DNA from: Leucoraja ocellata
Lineage: Eukaryota
Assembly (NCBI GenBank): GCA_036785375.1
Contig: JAWMAR010000423.1
Location: 310,001-374,000, forward strand
Length of the DNA: 64,000 nucleotides
Direction of reading: 5' to 3'
Both the position numbers and the translations under genes were made by a program. Positions within the stretch are counted from its first letter, which is position 1. Every line of letters starts with the position of its first letter. The notes beneath the pieces are model-generated. The model worked only from the letters and a program-made list of their open reading frames with translations, was not told where the DNA came from and made no database searches. Positions 36,201-51,200 of this stretch are shown one piece after another.

Positions 36201-39200
36201 CCTGTAACAATTGCTTGGATTTTCTCTCCTTAGATGCCAAGTGTTCTAGTTACTCCAAGTTTTCACTTTTCAGATTTCCAGGGACTGCTTTGCTCTGCAT
36301 CTCAATCCCAGCAATGCTTTATTTTCTCTCCTTTGCCCTTGTTCACCCTTTATTTACAATCCCTCCATTCAGGTTTGGAGGTTAATTGGCTTCTGTAAAT
36401 TGTCCTTTGTGTTACGATAGAACTAATAATGTGTGATTATTGGTCGGCACGGGCTCAGTGGGCTGAAGGGCCTGGTTTCATGCTGTGCCTCAATTAAACT
36501 GAACTAAAATGTAAAGCTTGTCTGCAGTCGGATTTTCAGCCTCATTATAAAATGGCATTTCTTATTTATTCAGAAATACTAGATTTTTCTAAAATAGAAA
36601 CCGTAGATGCTGGTGAGATTCAGCAGATCAGGCAGCATCTATGGAGAAAGAAACAGGATCAATCTTGGCTTTTCCCATTCATCGCCCTGTCTTTGACTGC
36701 AACACTGGCATTAGTGTCACCTGGACAACACTGGACATCCTATCGCAGGTATTCCCTGTCATCAATGGACCTCTTACGTGCTAAGGGTGAATTTACCGAT
36801 CTTCCATCGACCTCTTTACTGTCCTTGCGTTTTTGTTCTCTGCACTTTCCCTGTAGCTGTAATACTGTTGTCTGCACTGATTCCTTTCTCACTTTGCACA
36901 CTACCTGGTGTACTCGTGTATGGTATAATTTGCCTGGATAGCATGCAAAGCCAAGTTTATCACTATGTCACAGTACGTGTGACAATAATAAACCAATACG
37001 CTTTGATTATTCACCTTGGGCCTCTACATCTAGACCCCACTGAGAACACCAGTGTACCTAGTGACCCTATGTACAGAATGACCTTTGGACCCACTGACCC
37101 TGTGTACAGAGTGAATCCTGAACCTGGTGACTAGTTCACAGATTTATCCCAAACACATTGACCCAGTATGCACTGTGTCCTCTAATCACACAAATGTAGT
37201 GTGCTGTGTGACCTTTTCACTAACCCAGCATTCAGTGCGGCCCCTCTTTGCTCTAATATCGTAATGTGTTATCAACCCTGTGTACATTGACCACTGTCTG
37301 CACTGCCTCAGTGTACAGACAACTGACCCTCTGAATGGTGACCTCTGACCCCACTGACCCTGTGTACAGTGACCACTGTCTGTACTGCCCAGTGTACTGT
37401 GACCCCTGACCTAGTGGCCTGTGACCAGTGTCTGCACAACCCCAGTGTACGGACCACTGACCCTATGAACTGTGACCACTGAACCCACTAACCCAGTGTA
37501 CTGCACCCTCTGACCCCACTAATCCAGTGAACTGTAAGCACTGTCTACATTGTATAGAGCACTGACCCTATGAGTTATATAGAGGCCTCCGAACAGTAGC
37601 CTAGTTATACACAGGCCTCCAAACTAACCAGGATGTAGGGTACAAATTACATCAGGAGGTACAATTAGCATGTCAAAAAGGCAATGTTACAGTGGTCATG
37701 GGTAATTTCAATATGCAGGCAGACTGGGAAAATCAGGTTGGTACAGGATCCCAAGAGAAGGAATTGGTAGAGTGCCTACGAGATGACTTTCTCGAGTAGC
37801 TTGTAGTCAAGCTGACTGGGGAAAGGGCAATTCTGGATTTGGTATTGTGTATGAGGAAAAGATTCAGAAATCAGAGATGCAAAGACACTTGGGAATGCTA
37901 GTTGCAGGATTCCCTAAAGGTTAATTTGCAAGTTGAATTGGTAGTAAGGAAGGCAAATGCAATTTCAAGAGAACTTAGAATATAAAAATTGGAATGTAAT
38001 GATGAGGCTTTATAAGGCACTGGTCAGACCATATTTGGAGTATTGTGAGCAGTTTTGGGGCCCATATCTGAGGAAGCATGCGTTGGCATTGGAGAGGATC
38101 CAGAGCAGGATTACTAGAATGCTCCCGGGGATGAATGGGTTAACGTATGATGAGCGTTTGACCGTACTGGGCCTGTACTCGCTGGAGTTCAGAAAGATGA
38201 GGGGGAACCTCATTGAAGCTTTCAGAATTGTGAAAGGCCTGGATAGAGTGAATGTGGACAGGATGTTTCCACTAGAAGGAGAGTCCAGGACCAGAGGGCA
38301 CAGCCTCCGAATAAAAGGACATTCCCTCAGAAAGGAGATGAGGAGGAATTTATTTAGTCAGAAAGTGGTGAATCTGTGGAATTCATTTCCATAGATGGCT
38401 GTGTAGGTGAAGTCATTGGGTATTTTCAAGGCGGAGATTCTTGATTAGTTAGGATGTCATGGGTTATGGGGAGAAGACAAGGAGAATGGGGTTGAGAGGG
38501 AAAGATAGATCAGCCATGATTGAATGGCGGAATCGACTTGATGGGCCAAATGGCCTAATTCTGTTCCTATGTCTTACGAACATCAACTCTGCTCGCTGTG
38601 GAACTTTCAGTGTTACTACTTTGGTTTGCTGACCTTGCTCCATGTTCTGTCCATCCCTAAACACATTAAATTCAATGAAAAGTCCCTCCCCATTGCATGG
38701 TCTCTGGTTGTTGTGAAGTAAAACTCCATTAACCTGGCACACTTAGGACTTCTGGTAGTGCCAAATCAACATGTTTTCTAGACTATTAAAGTTATTCCTA
38801 TTACTACTCTAATACACTTGAATTTATCATTCATGTTACATAGTATTATAACCTTTCAGTGAAACTATTAAGTTTAAAGGTTATGCAGTGACCAGGATCC
38901 TGGTGAGTATCGGGAGAGTGGGGGAACCAAGACTGTAATGAATTTCAGGAGAATGTGGGAACTAGAGGCCGGAAAAATTTCAAGACATGCTATGAAACAA
39001 CACTTGGCGAGCAAAGTATTGAGCCATCCTATTTCCCAATGTTCAGATAATAATTGATTATTGGAGTTGTACTGCAGCTGTATAAAACATTTTTGGAGAA
39101 CTGTGTGTAATTCTGGTCACTGCATTACAGGAAGAATGGGAGATTTTGGAGAGGGCCACCAGGATATTGTCTGGATTGAAAAAGTATTTGTTCTAGGTAG

Positions 39201-42200
39201 AGTTTGGACAAACTTGCACTGTTTTCTCTGCAGGATTGAGGGGGTGACCTGATAAAATTATGAGAGGCCTAGATAGGGTAGTCAGAACCTTTTTCTTAGG
39301 GTGAAAATATTAAAGACTAGGAGGCCTAGCTTTGTCAGAGGGAGAAAGTTTTAAGGAGATGTGCGGGGCCGGTCTTTTCACACAGTGGTGGGACACTGGA
39401 ACATGCTCCCAGGGGAGATGTAGCAGCAGGCATATTAGCAACATTTAAGAGGCACTTAGACAGACGCTGGAGTAGACACAAGATAGAGTGAAATATTCTC
39501 GTATCATTACAGAGTAGTGGGCGCAGAATACAGCTACTCAAACATAATCATTCCAATATTGTTATAGCGCTGGATTGGGGTTCATATCTCCGTGACTGCC
39601 TCTTAGACTCATAGAGCACAGAAACAGGCCCTTTGGCCCAAATCATCCATGCCAATCAAGATGCCCATCTAAGCTAACCCCATTTGCCCATGTTTAACCC
39701 CTATCCTGCTTAAGCTTTGAAATACAAGAGGCACTGATGCTGGAGTCCTACATTAAAAAAACAGTCTACTGGAGGAGCTCAGTGGCCCACATATGGGCCC
39801 ATGGAGGGAAAAGGATAGTCGGGGTCTGTCCATTTCCCTCCACGAATGTTGGCTGTCCCACGGAGTTCTGCAGCAGATTGTGTTTTTTATCTCTAAACCA
39901 TTCTTAACCATGTACCTGTCCAGATGTCTTTTATGGAAAGAAAATGCTGGAGTAACTCAGCGGTAGAGGCACCATCTCTAGAGAGAAGGTTTTGGGTCGA
40001 CACCCTTCTATTGACCTGCTGAGTTACTCCAGCATATTGTGTCCACCTTCGGTTTAAACCAGCATCTGCAGTTCCTTCCTACACATATGTCTTTTAAATT
40101 CCATAATTGTACTTGGCTTTCTCTGGCATCTTGTTCCATAGTCGCATCACCCTCTGCGTGAAGAATTGCCTCGCGCATTTCCTTTAAATCTTTCCCCGCT
40201 GACCGTAAATCTGTGTCCTTTTGTTTTTGATTCCCCTGAGAAAAAGAGGGTGCATGCAGTTTATCTAAACCCTATTGGTTTTATACATCTTTATATCACT
40301 CCTCAGTTTCCTACAGTCCAAGGAATAAACCCTTAGTCTGCCCAACCTCTCACTATAGCCCTGGCCCTCAAGATCTGTCAACATTCCCATAAGTCTTTTC
40401 AGCACTCGTTCCAGCTTAATGATGTATTTCCAACTGCAGGATGACCAAAACTGTGCACAATGCTCCAAGTGCATACTCTGGTACTGTCTTGTACGACTCC
40501 ATTTGCCATTCCTCAGCCCACTTAGCTGATCAATCTGCTGTAATTATTGATAATCTTCTTCACTGTGATACTACTCTTGATTGTCCTTAATTGATTTTAC
40601 ATAGATTGTAGTACGGTCTTCTATCCTAGATTGTGCTTAAGTATGGTTTGATTGTACTCGTGCGTTGTATAATTTGCCTGAATGGCCAATAGTGTACTTT
40701 CAGGATGGTGGAGTAGATATGTATGATAGAACTTTAAGCTTGGCGTTGCAGTTATGAAACAGAATTGCCCCAAGAGGTGTGGGGACATTAAACGTGATAC
40801 AAATTGCTCATGAAGAGAATCTCATGCTCGCTTCCCCACCGTGTTGCTCTCTTTAGGAGGATCGACTCGCACACCCGAGTGGAAATGTCAAAACCTTGAC
40901 TGACAAGATCTTGTCCAAATCTGAGATTAACACTGCCGGACTGTGCCAAGGAGTGAAGAGACAGGTAGAGGCTGGTGGCTGAACAGGATGGGTTGGGTCA
41001 GTGTGAAATAGAGACTGGGTAGATGAGGAAACGTGTGTGAGCATTGGGGGGACAGGAGGAGAGGCAGAAGGAGAACATTCAGCCCCTTTTGTCCTATTCT
41101 GCCATTGATTAAGATCCCGGCTGATCTATAATCGCAGCACCCATTATTATATCTAAAACCCCATCGATGTCTTTCATGCTGGGGTTGGGAATGCCAAAGA
41201 TTCACCTTCCAGGGAGCGTCACTATTTACACACATATATACACACTTCCACATGCGGCGGTTCCACATGCATCAGCAGACGCAAGAAAAATCCACTCTCT
41301 CAGCACAGGCAAACAGACATGCACGTGAACATGCACACTCCTCCCCACACACACAAATTCTATCCTCCTAACTTATTCCATCGTCCCAAAACACACACAC
41401 ACGTGCACACACACGTGCACAATTCTGAACTGTATAACCTGGCGAAATAAATCAGGACTAGATAAAATGCTGGATAAATTAATATTATTTGAGGGATGGA
41501 AGATAGCTTAAGTTGGAAAAGTTTTACCTGCTGCTTCGTTATTGCAACAGAGGATGGATGGGTGGTGTTTGTACTAGGTGTTGGAATGTGAGGACCTACG
41601 GGTCTGGGCGATAGGACAGGTTCACGTAACTTTTGTTTTAAATCATTGTTCTTCCTTGGTTCTATAAACAGACAGAGCAAGTAAAGCAAGGCATTTCTGC
41701 TGCACTGTAACACACTCATTGGCCTCAGCCTGAACATTGTGACCTATTCAGGATCTCACACCTTCAGGGTGAAGGGACTGGAGCAGCGGCAGAGATTTGC
41801 CGGGATGAGGTATCACGTAACCCGAGTGCTCCCAGCAACAACTGAGCCCACCAGTCTCTGCCACTGACCTATATTGAGGTCTCGGACTGCCTCTTCTCAC
41901 AAGCGGCCCGCTCCCAGCAGGCACTCTGCTGCCGGACAGCCTCAGGATGTCCCATTGCGGGATCACCCTGTGCCACAACTTGCTTGACCACTGGTAGTCG
42001 GGGGCCACTCAGACATGCCCTCTGACCTCTTTGGCTCCGGGCCAACTGCAGTCAGCTTCTGCTGGCTCGGCATGTGCAAGCTACTCTTGGTCCCCATTCC
42101 TTCTTGTTGTCTCTTGTCAGTCAATAAAATCGACACGGAGCCCCCCCCAAAATTGAAAAAGACAGCAACCATTGTGCTTAACAAAAAAGTTAAGCACAAT

Positions 42201-45200
42201 GGTGTTTGTATTTCTCATCACATTGGAGCAACTTATCCACGACAGTTTCTGCCAAATGGGCAGCTTCTCGATGTACAACAGAGATACAATGTATTTTGGG
42301 GAAAGCAACTGTTGTGCTATTTGAGATCAATGCAAGGCAGAAACATACAGATATTTGGAGATTAGAATAGTCTCTTGTATTTCAGTCCACTTTGGACTCT
42401 GGGTCCAGTGGGGAATTTCACTGAGGTAAGTAGGTCAATGAATGACAAATAAAGATTAATCCAGATAAGTGCAAGGCTTTGGAAGTGAATCTAGGGTAGA
42501 ACGTTCACAATGAACAGCTGAGCTCCGGAGAGTGTTTTACAACAGAGGGACTAGGAATACAAGAATAACGTTCTCTGATAGTGGCATCCCAAATAGACAA
42601 GGTGATGAAAACGGCCTTTGGTACACTGGCCTTCATCAGTCAGGGCATTGAGTTTGGAAGTTGAGACTATATGTTGCAGTTGTACAGGATATTAGTAAGG
42701 CGTTAGCTGGAGTATTGTGTTTAGTTTTGGTCACCCTGCTAAGGAAAATATGTCATTATGCTGGAGAGAGCACAACAAGGATTTAATAAAATGTTGCCAG
42801 GAAGGCCTGAGTTTTAGGGAGAGCTTGGGCAGGCTAGGACTTTCTTCTTTGGAGTGTAGGAAGCCGAGGGTGATCTTATGGAAATGTTTTAAATCATGAG
42901 AGGAATATATGCGTGAATACACAGAGTCTTTTGCCCCAGGGTAGAGGAATCAAGAACTAGAAGGCATGATTTTTAGATGAGAGGGCAGAGATTTAGTAGG
43001 AATATATGAGAGGCAACATTTTCACACAGAGGGTGGTAGGTATATGGAAAGGGATGCCAGTGGAAGTAGTTGAGGCCAGTACATTAATGTTTAAATGACA
43101 CTTGGACGTACATAGATAGGAAAAAGTTAGAGCAATGTGGGCCAGACATGGGCAAATGGGGATAGCTTAGAAAGGAAGGACATGATTGCATTGGAATTGG
43201 AGCATTTCCATTATAAAGAGAGACTGGATAGGCTGAATTAGGTTTTCTTTGAAGCGTTGGAGGCTAAAGGGTGACCTGTATTATGAGAATTGATGTGTAT
43301 TAAATGATGAGGGCAGGACAGGGTTAAGAGTGAGGAACATTTTCAGAGATATTATTGGTGGAGGGGGGTGGATATTATAAATAATTTCCTCCTGGCAGGG
43401 GTGTTTGAGACGAGAGGACATGGGTTTAAGGTGCAGAGGTTTCGAGAGGATCTAATGTGTAATTTTTACACACTGAATATGGTTGGTTGGAAGCTGGAAT
43501 GCTGCCTGAGGTAGTGGTGGAGAAAAAAACTGTCACAGTGTTTAAGAAGCAACTAGACAGTACTTGAATCACAAAGACATGGATTAAATGCAGGTAAATG
43601 GGATTAGTGTGGATGAGTCCAGTAATTAGCTTGGTCCTGATGGGCCAGAGGGCCTGTTTCTCTGTTGTAAAGTTCTATGTCTGTGGTGAATTCTATGCAC
43701 AGTTCCACGGAGAAAATTATGGAGGGCTGTATGGAGTGGTCTTTGATGAATTTGCTGGAGAGTCTAAGGATGATCTGAAGAGTCATTGAGTCCTTTGGCA
43801 CAGAAACAGGCCCTTCAGCCTATCATTTCCAGGCTATCAAATACCCATCTACAATGGTCCCATTTACCAGCACGGGTCCATAGCCATCTATTCCTTTGCA
43901 ATTCAAGCTCTTGTCTAGTTTGTTCTTAAATGAGAGAGTTTCTGCCTCCACCACCATTGCATTCCAGATTCCAATCATTCTCTGGGTGACAAAAGGTCTT
44001 CCTTACATCCCTTCCAAACCTCTGACCCCTCACCCTAAATCTATTCCCTCAGTGTTAAATACTTTTGTAGGAAAATGATCCTCACTATCCTCACTCTATA
44101 GCGGAGTCAAGGGATATGGGGAGAATGCAGGAACGGGGTACTGATTGCGGGTGATCAGCCATGATCACAGTGAATGGCAGTGCTGGCTCGAAGGGCCGAA
44201 TGGCCTACTCCTGCACCTATTGTCTATCAAGTCCTCATCATTTAATACACACCCATTCTTGCCTCAGCCTCACCCATTCTAGGAAGACAAACCCAAGTTA
44301 TCCATAGTCTCTTCATAGCTGAAATGTTCCATCCCAAGCAACATCCAATTGAAACACCTCTGCACCCTCTGCAGCACAGTCACATTCCTCGATATAATCT
44401 GGTGGCCGGACCTGTACACAATGTTTGAACTGCCCAACCAAAGTTTTATAAAGCTATATGAAGACCTCCCTGGTCTTATAGTCCATTCCCCAGATAATAA
44501 AGGGTCCTTTTTGTGGGGCCTCTTAAACTATGTATCGACCTTCACTGTCGGCATCCGCGATCAAGGCACAAGAGGTTCCCGCAACAGAAATGCAGTAAGG
44601 ATGGATCAGAACTGTGGAATTCAGTGCGGTTTATGGAGAACACCACCCACAATGGTGAAGGAATGTTGGACAGTGAAAGGGGTGTTTAAATTAGCAATGG
44701 AATTTAGGAAAGGGAAAGAGATTCTGGAACGCAGTGAAAATGTAGGAGGAGATTTTGAAATGGGGTGAGAATATTTAACAAGTATTTGATATTTTTCCAA
44801 ATAAAAGATTGGTTGTAGCGGAATGATTGCAGAAAGTATTTAAGGAATGGCGTTGAACGGAAAAGGGAGCAGACCAGATGTTTCCTGGGTTGGTGGGAAA
44901 TGGTGATGGTTGCCTCACGGATCTTCCCACTTGTACATGGATACAAGAGCAGTGATATTGGTGTCTGGAGGAAGGAACAAGTTCAAGTTCAAGTGAATTT
45001 ATTGTCATGTGTCCCTGTATAGGACAATGAAATTCTTGCTTTGCTTCAACACACAGAACATTGTAGGCATTTACTACAAAACAGATAAGTGTGTCCATAT
45101 ACCATAATATAAATATATACACACATGTTGAAAAGTTGATAGAAGGAATGGAGAAGATGGTGACGAGCTATGGGCAGCTTGGCAGAGGAATAAGTCACAA

Positions 45201-48200
45201 CACAGGCAGCAATCGGTAGGGCAACAAAGTCGACTGCATTGGAAAGCAATGGTGATAGGAAGTGTAGAGGTTAGCAATGTTGACAGTGTTGGGGAATTTC
45301 GAGATTTCAAGAAAGCAGATTTTAAAGCTATTGGCGGAAGCAAGAATTTAAAAAAGTAAAATGTACCAATGGAGTTCTGGGTTCTAGGAGATGTTGAAAG
45401 TTACAAGGCCTGTACTATACTGCATTTGTGGGCACAGCTTGGTCATTGGGACTAAAGTCCTGAAGATGTCATTATAAGAAGGGTGTGAAAGCTTTGGAAA
45501 GGAGAGGGATGAACAGACCATGGTGAATCGGTGAATCAGTAACCAAGGCCACAGTCTGCAAATTATTTCTTGAAGGCCTTGAGCTTTCGTTCAATGAAGA
45601 AATAGAAATAACCCGAGAACAGGAAGGAAAGTCCAGGAAACACTCAGCAGGTCAGGCAGTATTGGTGGAGAGTGAGAAAGACTGCCAATGATTCGAGTCA
45701 ATTACTTTTCATCGGAACTGTCAGTGTGTGAGTTTGGATGTCGTTGCAGAGAAGCAGTACCTACTTGAGAAGTAAGATGGGAGAGAACCATGGGGGTACC
45801 AGAGGCTCCTTGTGTTGTGAGTGAAGAAAGAGAAAGCACATCAGAGTGAGACCACCAGGTGCCAGCAGAACATCATCTGGTAGAAATCACTTCATGGAAG
45901 CGTCATGAAATTATACAGCATGAAATAGTCCTTTCATCCCAACTCGCCCATGCTGACTAAGGTGACTTCCTGGGGTAGTCCCATATGTCTGCATTTGGCC
46001 CATATCCCTCTAAACGAGGAGATTGTGTCAACCTTCACAAGACATTGCTTCAGCCACAGCCAAAATATTCTGCACACTGGAGGCTGCAAAAACTCACCAG
46101 AAGCAAAGGTGTACAGCTCAGAAGGAAGTAAATCTCTCACTTCCCAGCTCTTAGCCGACTAGATTTCAGCTGTTCAGGTACTATGAAGAGTTATTAAGGC
46201 GGCAGTTTGTGGCTGGTATATTAGGTTGGATTTGCGGTCGGATGAAGAACGTATTATCAGAGCTCAATGAGCACAGACAACTCAAGTGAACTCTTTTCAG
46301 ATCCTTGGGACAATCTGGATGCCAGTTGACTGTTGACCATTTTGCGATGTAACTTTCAGTACGAATTGGTCGTTAATTGGGTGTTAAAACACCTGCAAAT
46401 CATCCCATTTTCAAACAAATGCGAAACATTTTTAAACAAGTCCTAATTCTCCCGTTTTTTTTCCTTTTGTTTGTCTTTGCCGTGTTCCGTGTACGTTGCA
46501 CCCATGTATTGCCACCATTACTCTGTTGCTTGCCCACTGTGTTGTCCTCCTCCTCCCTGCTCCCCCACTGCATGCTCACAGCGGCCAAACCTCTCATCGC
46601 AGGAGCATCCGTACAGCAGACAAAGAGAAGCAACACCACATGCTGCTGTTCCTCAATGGAAGCAGGTAAACATACATCTATATTCTCAGACCCTTGGTAT
46701 CAACCCATTCAAAGATAGCCTTCGGACCACAAGCCCCGGGAACACTGGGTGAAGGTGAGGGGCCTGGACTGTAATAAAAACGTGTTGATGGTGTTGAATG
46801 AGAGGAGGTCGGTGTGCATAAACACGGCTACAGACTACTTTGACCCTATTCTATGCTCTGTACTGTACAATCTTCATCTGATAATGGTGGAAGTAGACAC
46901 TGGTGGAGAAGTGCACTTGGAGTGATAGTGTTCTGTATTGTCATCCGTCTAATTCCTTCAGGAGCACAGAGAGTGAAGAGGAATTTGGGTAACTTGGTAT
47001 TGCTGTATATCAGCACTTGACTGAGCATTGCTGTCTCCATTGTTCTGCCTAACACCTGATCTTCTCCCCATCTTTCTGGCTGAAGGGAAGAGACATGCGG
47101 CAATTGCAAGTGTGTCCCAAGATGATTGTAATGCTTCCCTGGCCTGTTCCTGGCCCCTTACGATGCAGACAGGTGATGTCACAGCATGGCATTACTAGCT
47201 TCACCTGCGTGTTTGTGGCTTTAGGTGCTGATGTTTGATCCTACTCACACCTGCCCATTGTTTTCCCTGGGTATCCTTGTAGTTCGCTGGGCTAAATCTT
47301 TCAGGCCTGATCATCTTCTCCATTTTTGGATTTTATTGACAAGGGCCCAGATCTAACCTTAAATTTTAAGTTCCGCATAGCTCTATGTGTCAGCGGGATG
47401 ATTTGTGGCTGTGACTTAAGGTGCATCAGATGCTGTATAACAACCCTGCTCCAGTTACCAGAGATTGATTTGTGCAGTGTTTGCCCGGAGACTATTAGGT
47501 AGAACTGTTAGATGGAGGCTTCACACTGTTAACCTGTGCTAATCCTTCCCTAGAAGAGTTAGATAGCGGATTCTAGAGAGAGAACTCTGTCCTTAACCTT
47601 AACTTACACACCCCAGACTGTAGTCAATGGATCAGGTTAGAGGGAACTTTGCCAAGCCATGCCTCACCTTCTCTGGGAAGGTTTGTTGGTGTAAACGGAT
47701 CATCTAACTGACTGGCCCTGAACTGAGCTGAGCTGCCCCTTCACACAGCAGCCTAGTGCAGGATACAAGCCTGCAGTGCCCGAGCCAGTCCCAGGTCCAG
47801 TCAGGTATTGCATGGACCCTCTGATCCCATGGGCAGTGGATTCCAAGTCGCTCTTCCTCTGCTCTGTGCTCAGATCACTTGCTGTACGTCAGCGCGCTCC
47901 AACCATTTGCTCCAGTGATGTACAATTGTCCATCTTCCTCTGTTGCCAATAAACATTTGTTCTTCAGGTGCAGGTTCAGTCAGCAGGTACACAGCTGATC
48001 ACAGGCCAGAACCCTGTGGCTCCCCCTGCACCACCACTCAGTGATCCCCACCAGGTATGGCAGGGCTCTGTGGAAGCATGACACTTCCCAGTGTGGTTGG
48101 ACAGCTTCTTAACTCGCTACCACCACTAGCAGTGAGCTGACAACAGCATGCCGTGTGAATGAATGAATGCATGGTGTTTGGACCTATGTGAGTCGAGGAT

Positions 48201-51200
48201 CACTCTCTGTTGTGTGTGACGTGCTAAATATCACACTTACTGTTAAGCATTGCAGTGAATGTTTGACATACTTGATCTGTGTTAAAGCACTTCTGTAAAA
48301 CAAGTCTCGGTTCTGACCAGGAATCCTTAGTCGCACTCACTGCTGTAACATCGGTGACTGGCACACTCTCAATTCTGTGTTACAGATGCCACGTTGGACA
48401 GTGTCATGTTACAGGAGTCTTGTGTTACTCATTGTTCCATGTTACAGGGGCCATGCATTATAAACACACCCTTTTGTGTCACAGGAGTCTTGTGTTACGT
48501 TGCTCTGTGTTTCAGGCATCATGTGTTACACTCACTGTAACGCATGAACCCTGTATCATGGAACAGTGTAACACAAGACTCCAGTAACAGTGTGCGTAAC
48601 CCATGATTCATGTAACGTAGCAGTGAATGTAACGCTTGATCCCAGAAGCTTGGTCCAGGGGTCATGTGTTACATGTGCTGTTACATGTGCTGTTCCATGT
48701 TACAAGAATCATATTCTGTGTAAGGGGAAGCATGTGCCCCAGTCACTATTCTACATTACAGGAGTTGCATAAAAATCAAAATATAGAGTTGCCGAAAATC
48801 TAAAGCAAACGGGAAAAATACTAGAAATATTTAGCAAATCAGAGTTTTTTGCCACCATTCCGTGTTCCAGAATATTTATTGGTTGTGTGACATCTTTACA
48901 GTTGCTCCTGATCCATGCTGTTTGTATCTTACTCCTGCTGTTGTGAATCTGTGTGAGGTATCTATCACCGATACTGCTCAGCTCTCTGATCCATCTGGCA
49001 CACTGGCTTGGTTCCATGTGTCGGAATTACTGCTGATGCTGCAAATCACACTCCCTTGTTCCATTGCCCCCACTCCTCACTCGCACCTTGGTACATTCTG
49101 TCACTGAATCTTCTGCTCTCTGACGCCGAGAGGGGATACGGCACACGGCACGGGCAAAGCAAAGCCAGCCAACCTTGTGAAGCCGTCCCTGCTGATACCT
49201 GGGTGTGAGGGCCGTCTCCACAGACTTGTCAAGCAACAACCAAACGCTTGTCATCACAGAATCCTGCTGCTGATTCCTTTGCTGTAACCCCTGGTGATGT
49301 CAGAGGCAGCACGGGCAGCGCTCCAGGGTACGACGTCATTTGAGCAGGCTGGCCATTTGCTGTGGGTTGTAGTTGCCAGGCCAGGACTATGGTGTGAGCG
49401 CCTGACTTCCTCACCGATCTCCTTACAGTAGCACAGAGGCAGCGTTCATTGTGTAACCATGTGTAACCTCATGGTCTGGCATCCCAAGTCAAGGAGCCAA
49501 GTCTGGGTCAGCGAACAATCCCAGATGGATTGCGAGGAGCAGCCTCGGACTGAGTGATGTCACCACACGGTCAACAGTGCTACAGACAAAGATGGATCAA
49601 CCCCATCATCACCGTTTTTTTTTTTTTGTTTTTTTTTTAAATTTAATCAAAAAATATATTCAATATTTACACTACAATAAAACAAGCCAGAACCCACCAC
49701 CATAAATACAATACAAACATATATCCATAATAAACTATTATACAATTATGATACAATCCTTATTGAGGATACCCATCATCACAGTAGGGTCTGACAAAAT
49801 CCTCGAGTCCACTCACACAGGACTCAGCTTGAAGGACAAGGTCTCCACGGCACAACAGCACGCAGCAGAAAGTGGTTGCCAGAGACGCCGGTTGCAGGCA
49901 CATCGGTTGCCAGAGAAGATGGTTGCCAGAGATCGGTGGTTTTCAGACACGGTGGATAATTGTTTTCCATTCATAACAGTATGGTTATAATGCGAGGCTG
50001 TGCATCCTGCAGACTTTGCTGCCCTTTCCATCATTGCACACTGGCCAGGGTGGGATGGAACATCCCATAATCGCCTGGTTAGGTGCATTGGTCCGCTCAA
50101 CATTTCCTGCCCCACCACCGGTGAACCACGCCTGCAGCCTGATCCATTAACAATGTGAGCTGCAGCAGCATGCTGAGGCATCTCCGACCACACCACCCTA
50201 ACCTGTAATCACCACCACCCAGAGGGACAAGTGCAGTAAACACATGGGAACACCCCAACCCCCTGCTTCCCTCTACATTTCACACCTCCCCAGCTTGAGA
50301 GACGATGCCATCACTGGGTCCCAATCGTGGGACCACCTCCCCACTGCCCCTTCATCAGAAGGACTGTCAGTGGTTCATTACAGCAGATGGATCAAGGCCA
50401 TTGGAGATGGGCAGTGAATGCAGTCCAAGTTGGCAACACCCACATCCTGGAAATGTATAACAAAGTCACCCTTCAGTTGCGGGAATCTTCAGACCCTTCG
50501 TTCTATGTTATGGAAGTTCTTCGTCTCTCTTCTGTTCTGTGATGTGTATGATCTGGACAATGTTAGAGTTGTACAGCATGGAAACAGTTCCTTCAGCTCA
50601 ACTCATCCATGCTGACCAAGATATTATGTTAGTCTGATGAAGGGTTTTGGCCCGAAACGTTGCCTATTTCCTTCGCTCCATAGATGCTGCTGCACCCGCT
50701 GAGTTTCTCCAGCTTTTTTGTGTACCTTCGATTTTCCAGCAACTACAGTTCCTTCTTAAACATTATGTTAGTCCCATTTGCCTGTGTCTGGCCAATATCC
50801 CTCTCGGCCTCTGACCATCATGTTAATCATTGTCTTATTATTCAGTCCAGTGATAAGACAGGAAGATTACCTGGCTTTCAACTCTCTACTGCTTCGTACT
50901 CACCTCTCTCTCCCCATTGTGTGCACTCAGTGAGGTTACAGTTCTGTACTTAATCTGACGTCTATCATACACATACGGCTGGCCAGCCCTGGGCCAGGTA
51001 CCCACATGGTGTGTACTCGAGGCTCACTAATAACAATAATGGTTTGCTGTGGTGCATGTTTAATTTTGTTTTCTAATCATAATGGAAGACATGGAAAACG
51101 TGAGCTCAGTGAGACCACGGATAAACGATGATCATTTTGCTGTATTTTTGTCAGCATTCATTTAACAAACATTTCTGAACTGTTCTCATTCTTGTATTTT

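Noticed and set aside
49131-49330. Candidate additional cassette exon(s) [24 protein letters not shown] / [14 protein letters not shown]..
   Set aside because: Weak splice sites or incompatible phase, and no recognisable MICAL homology.
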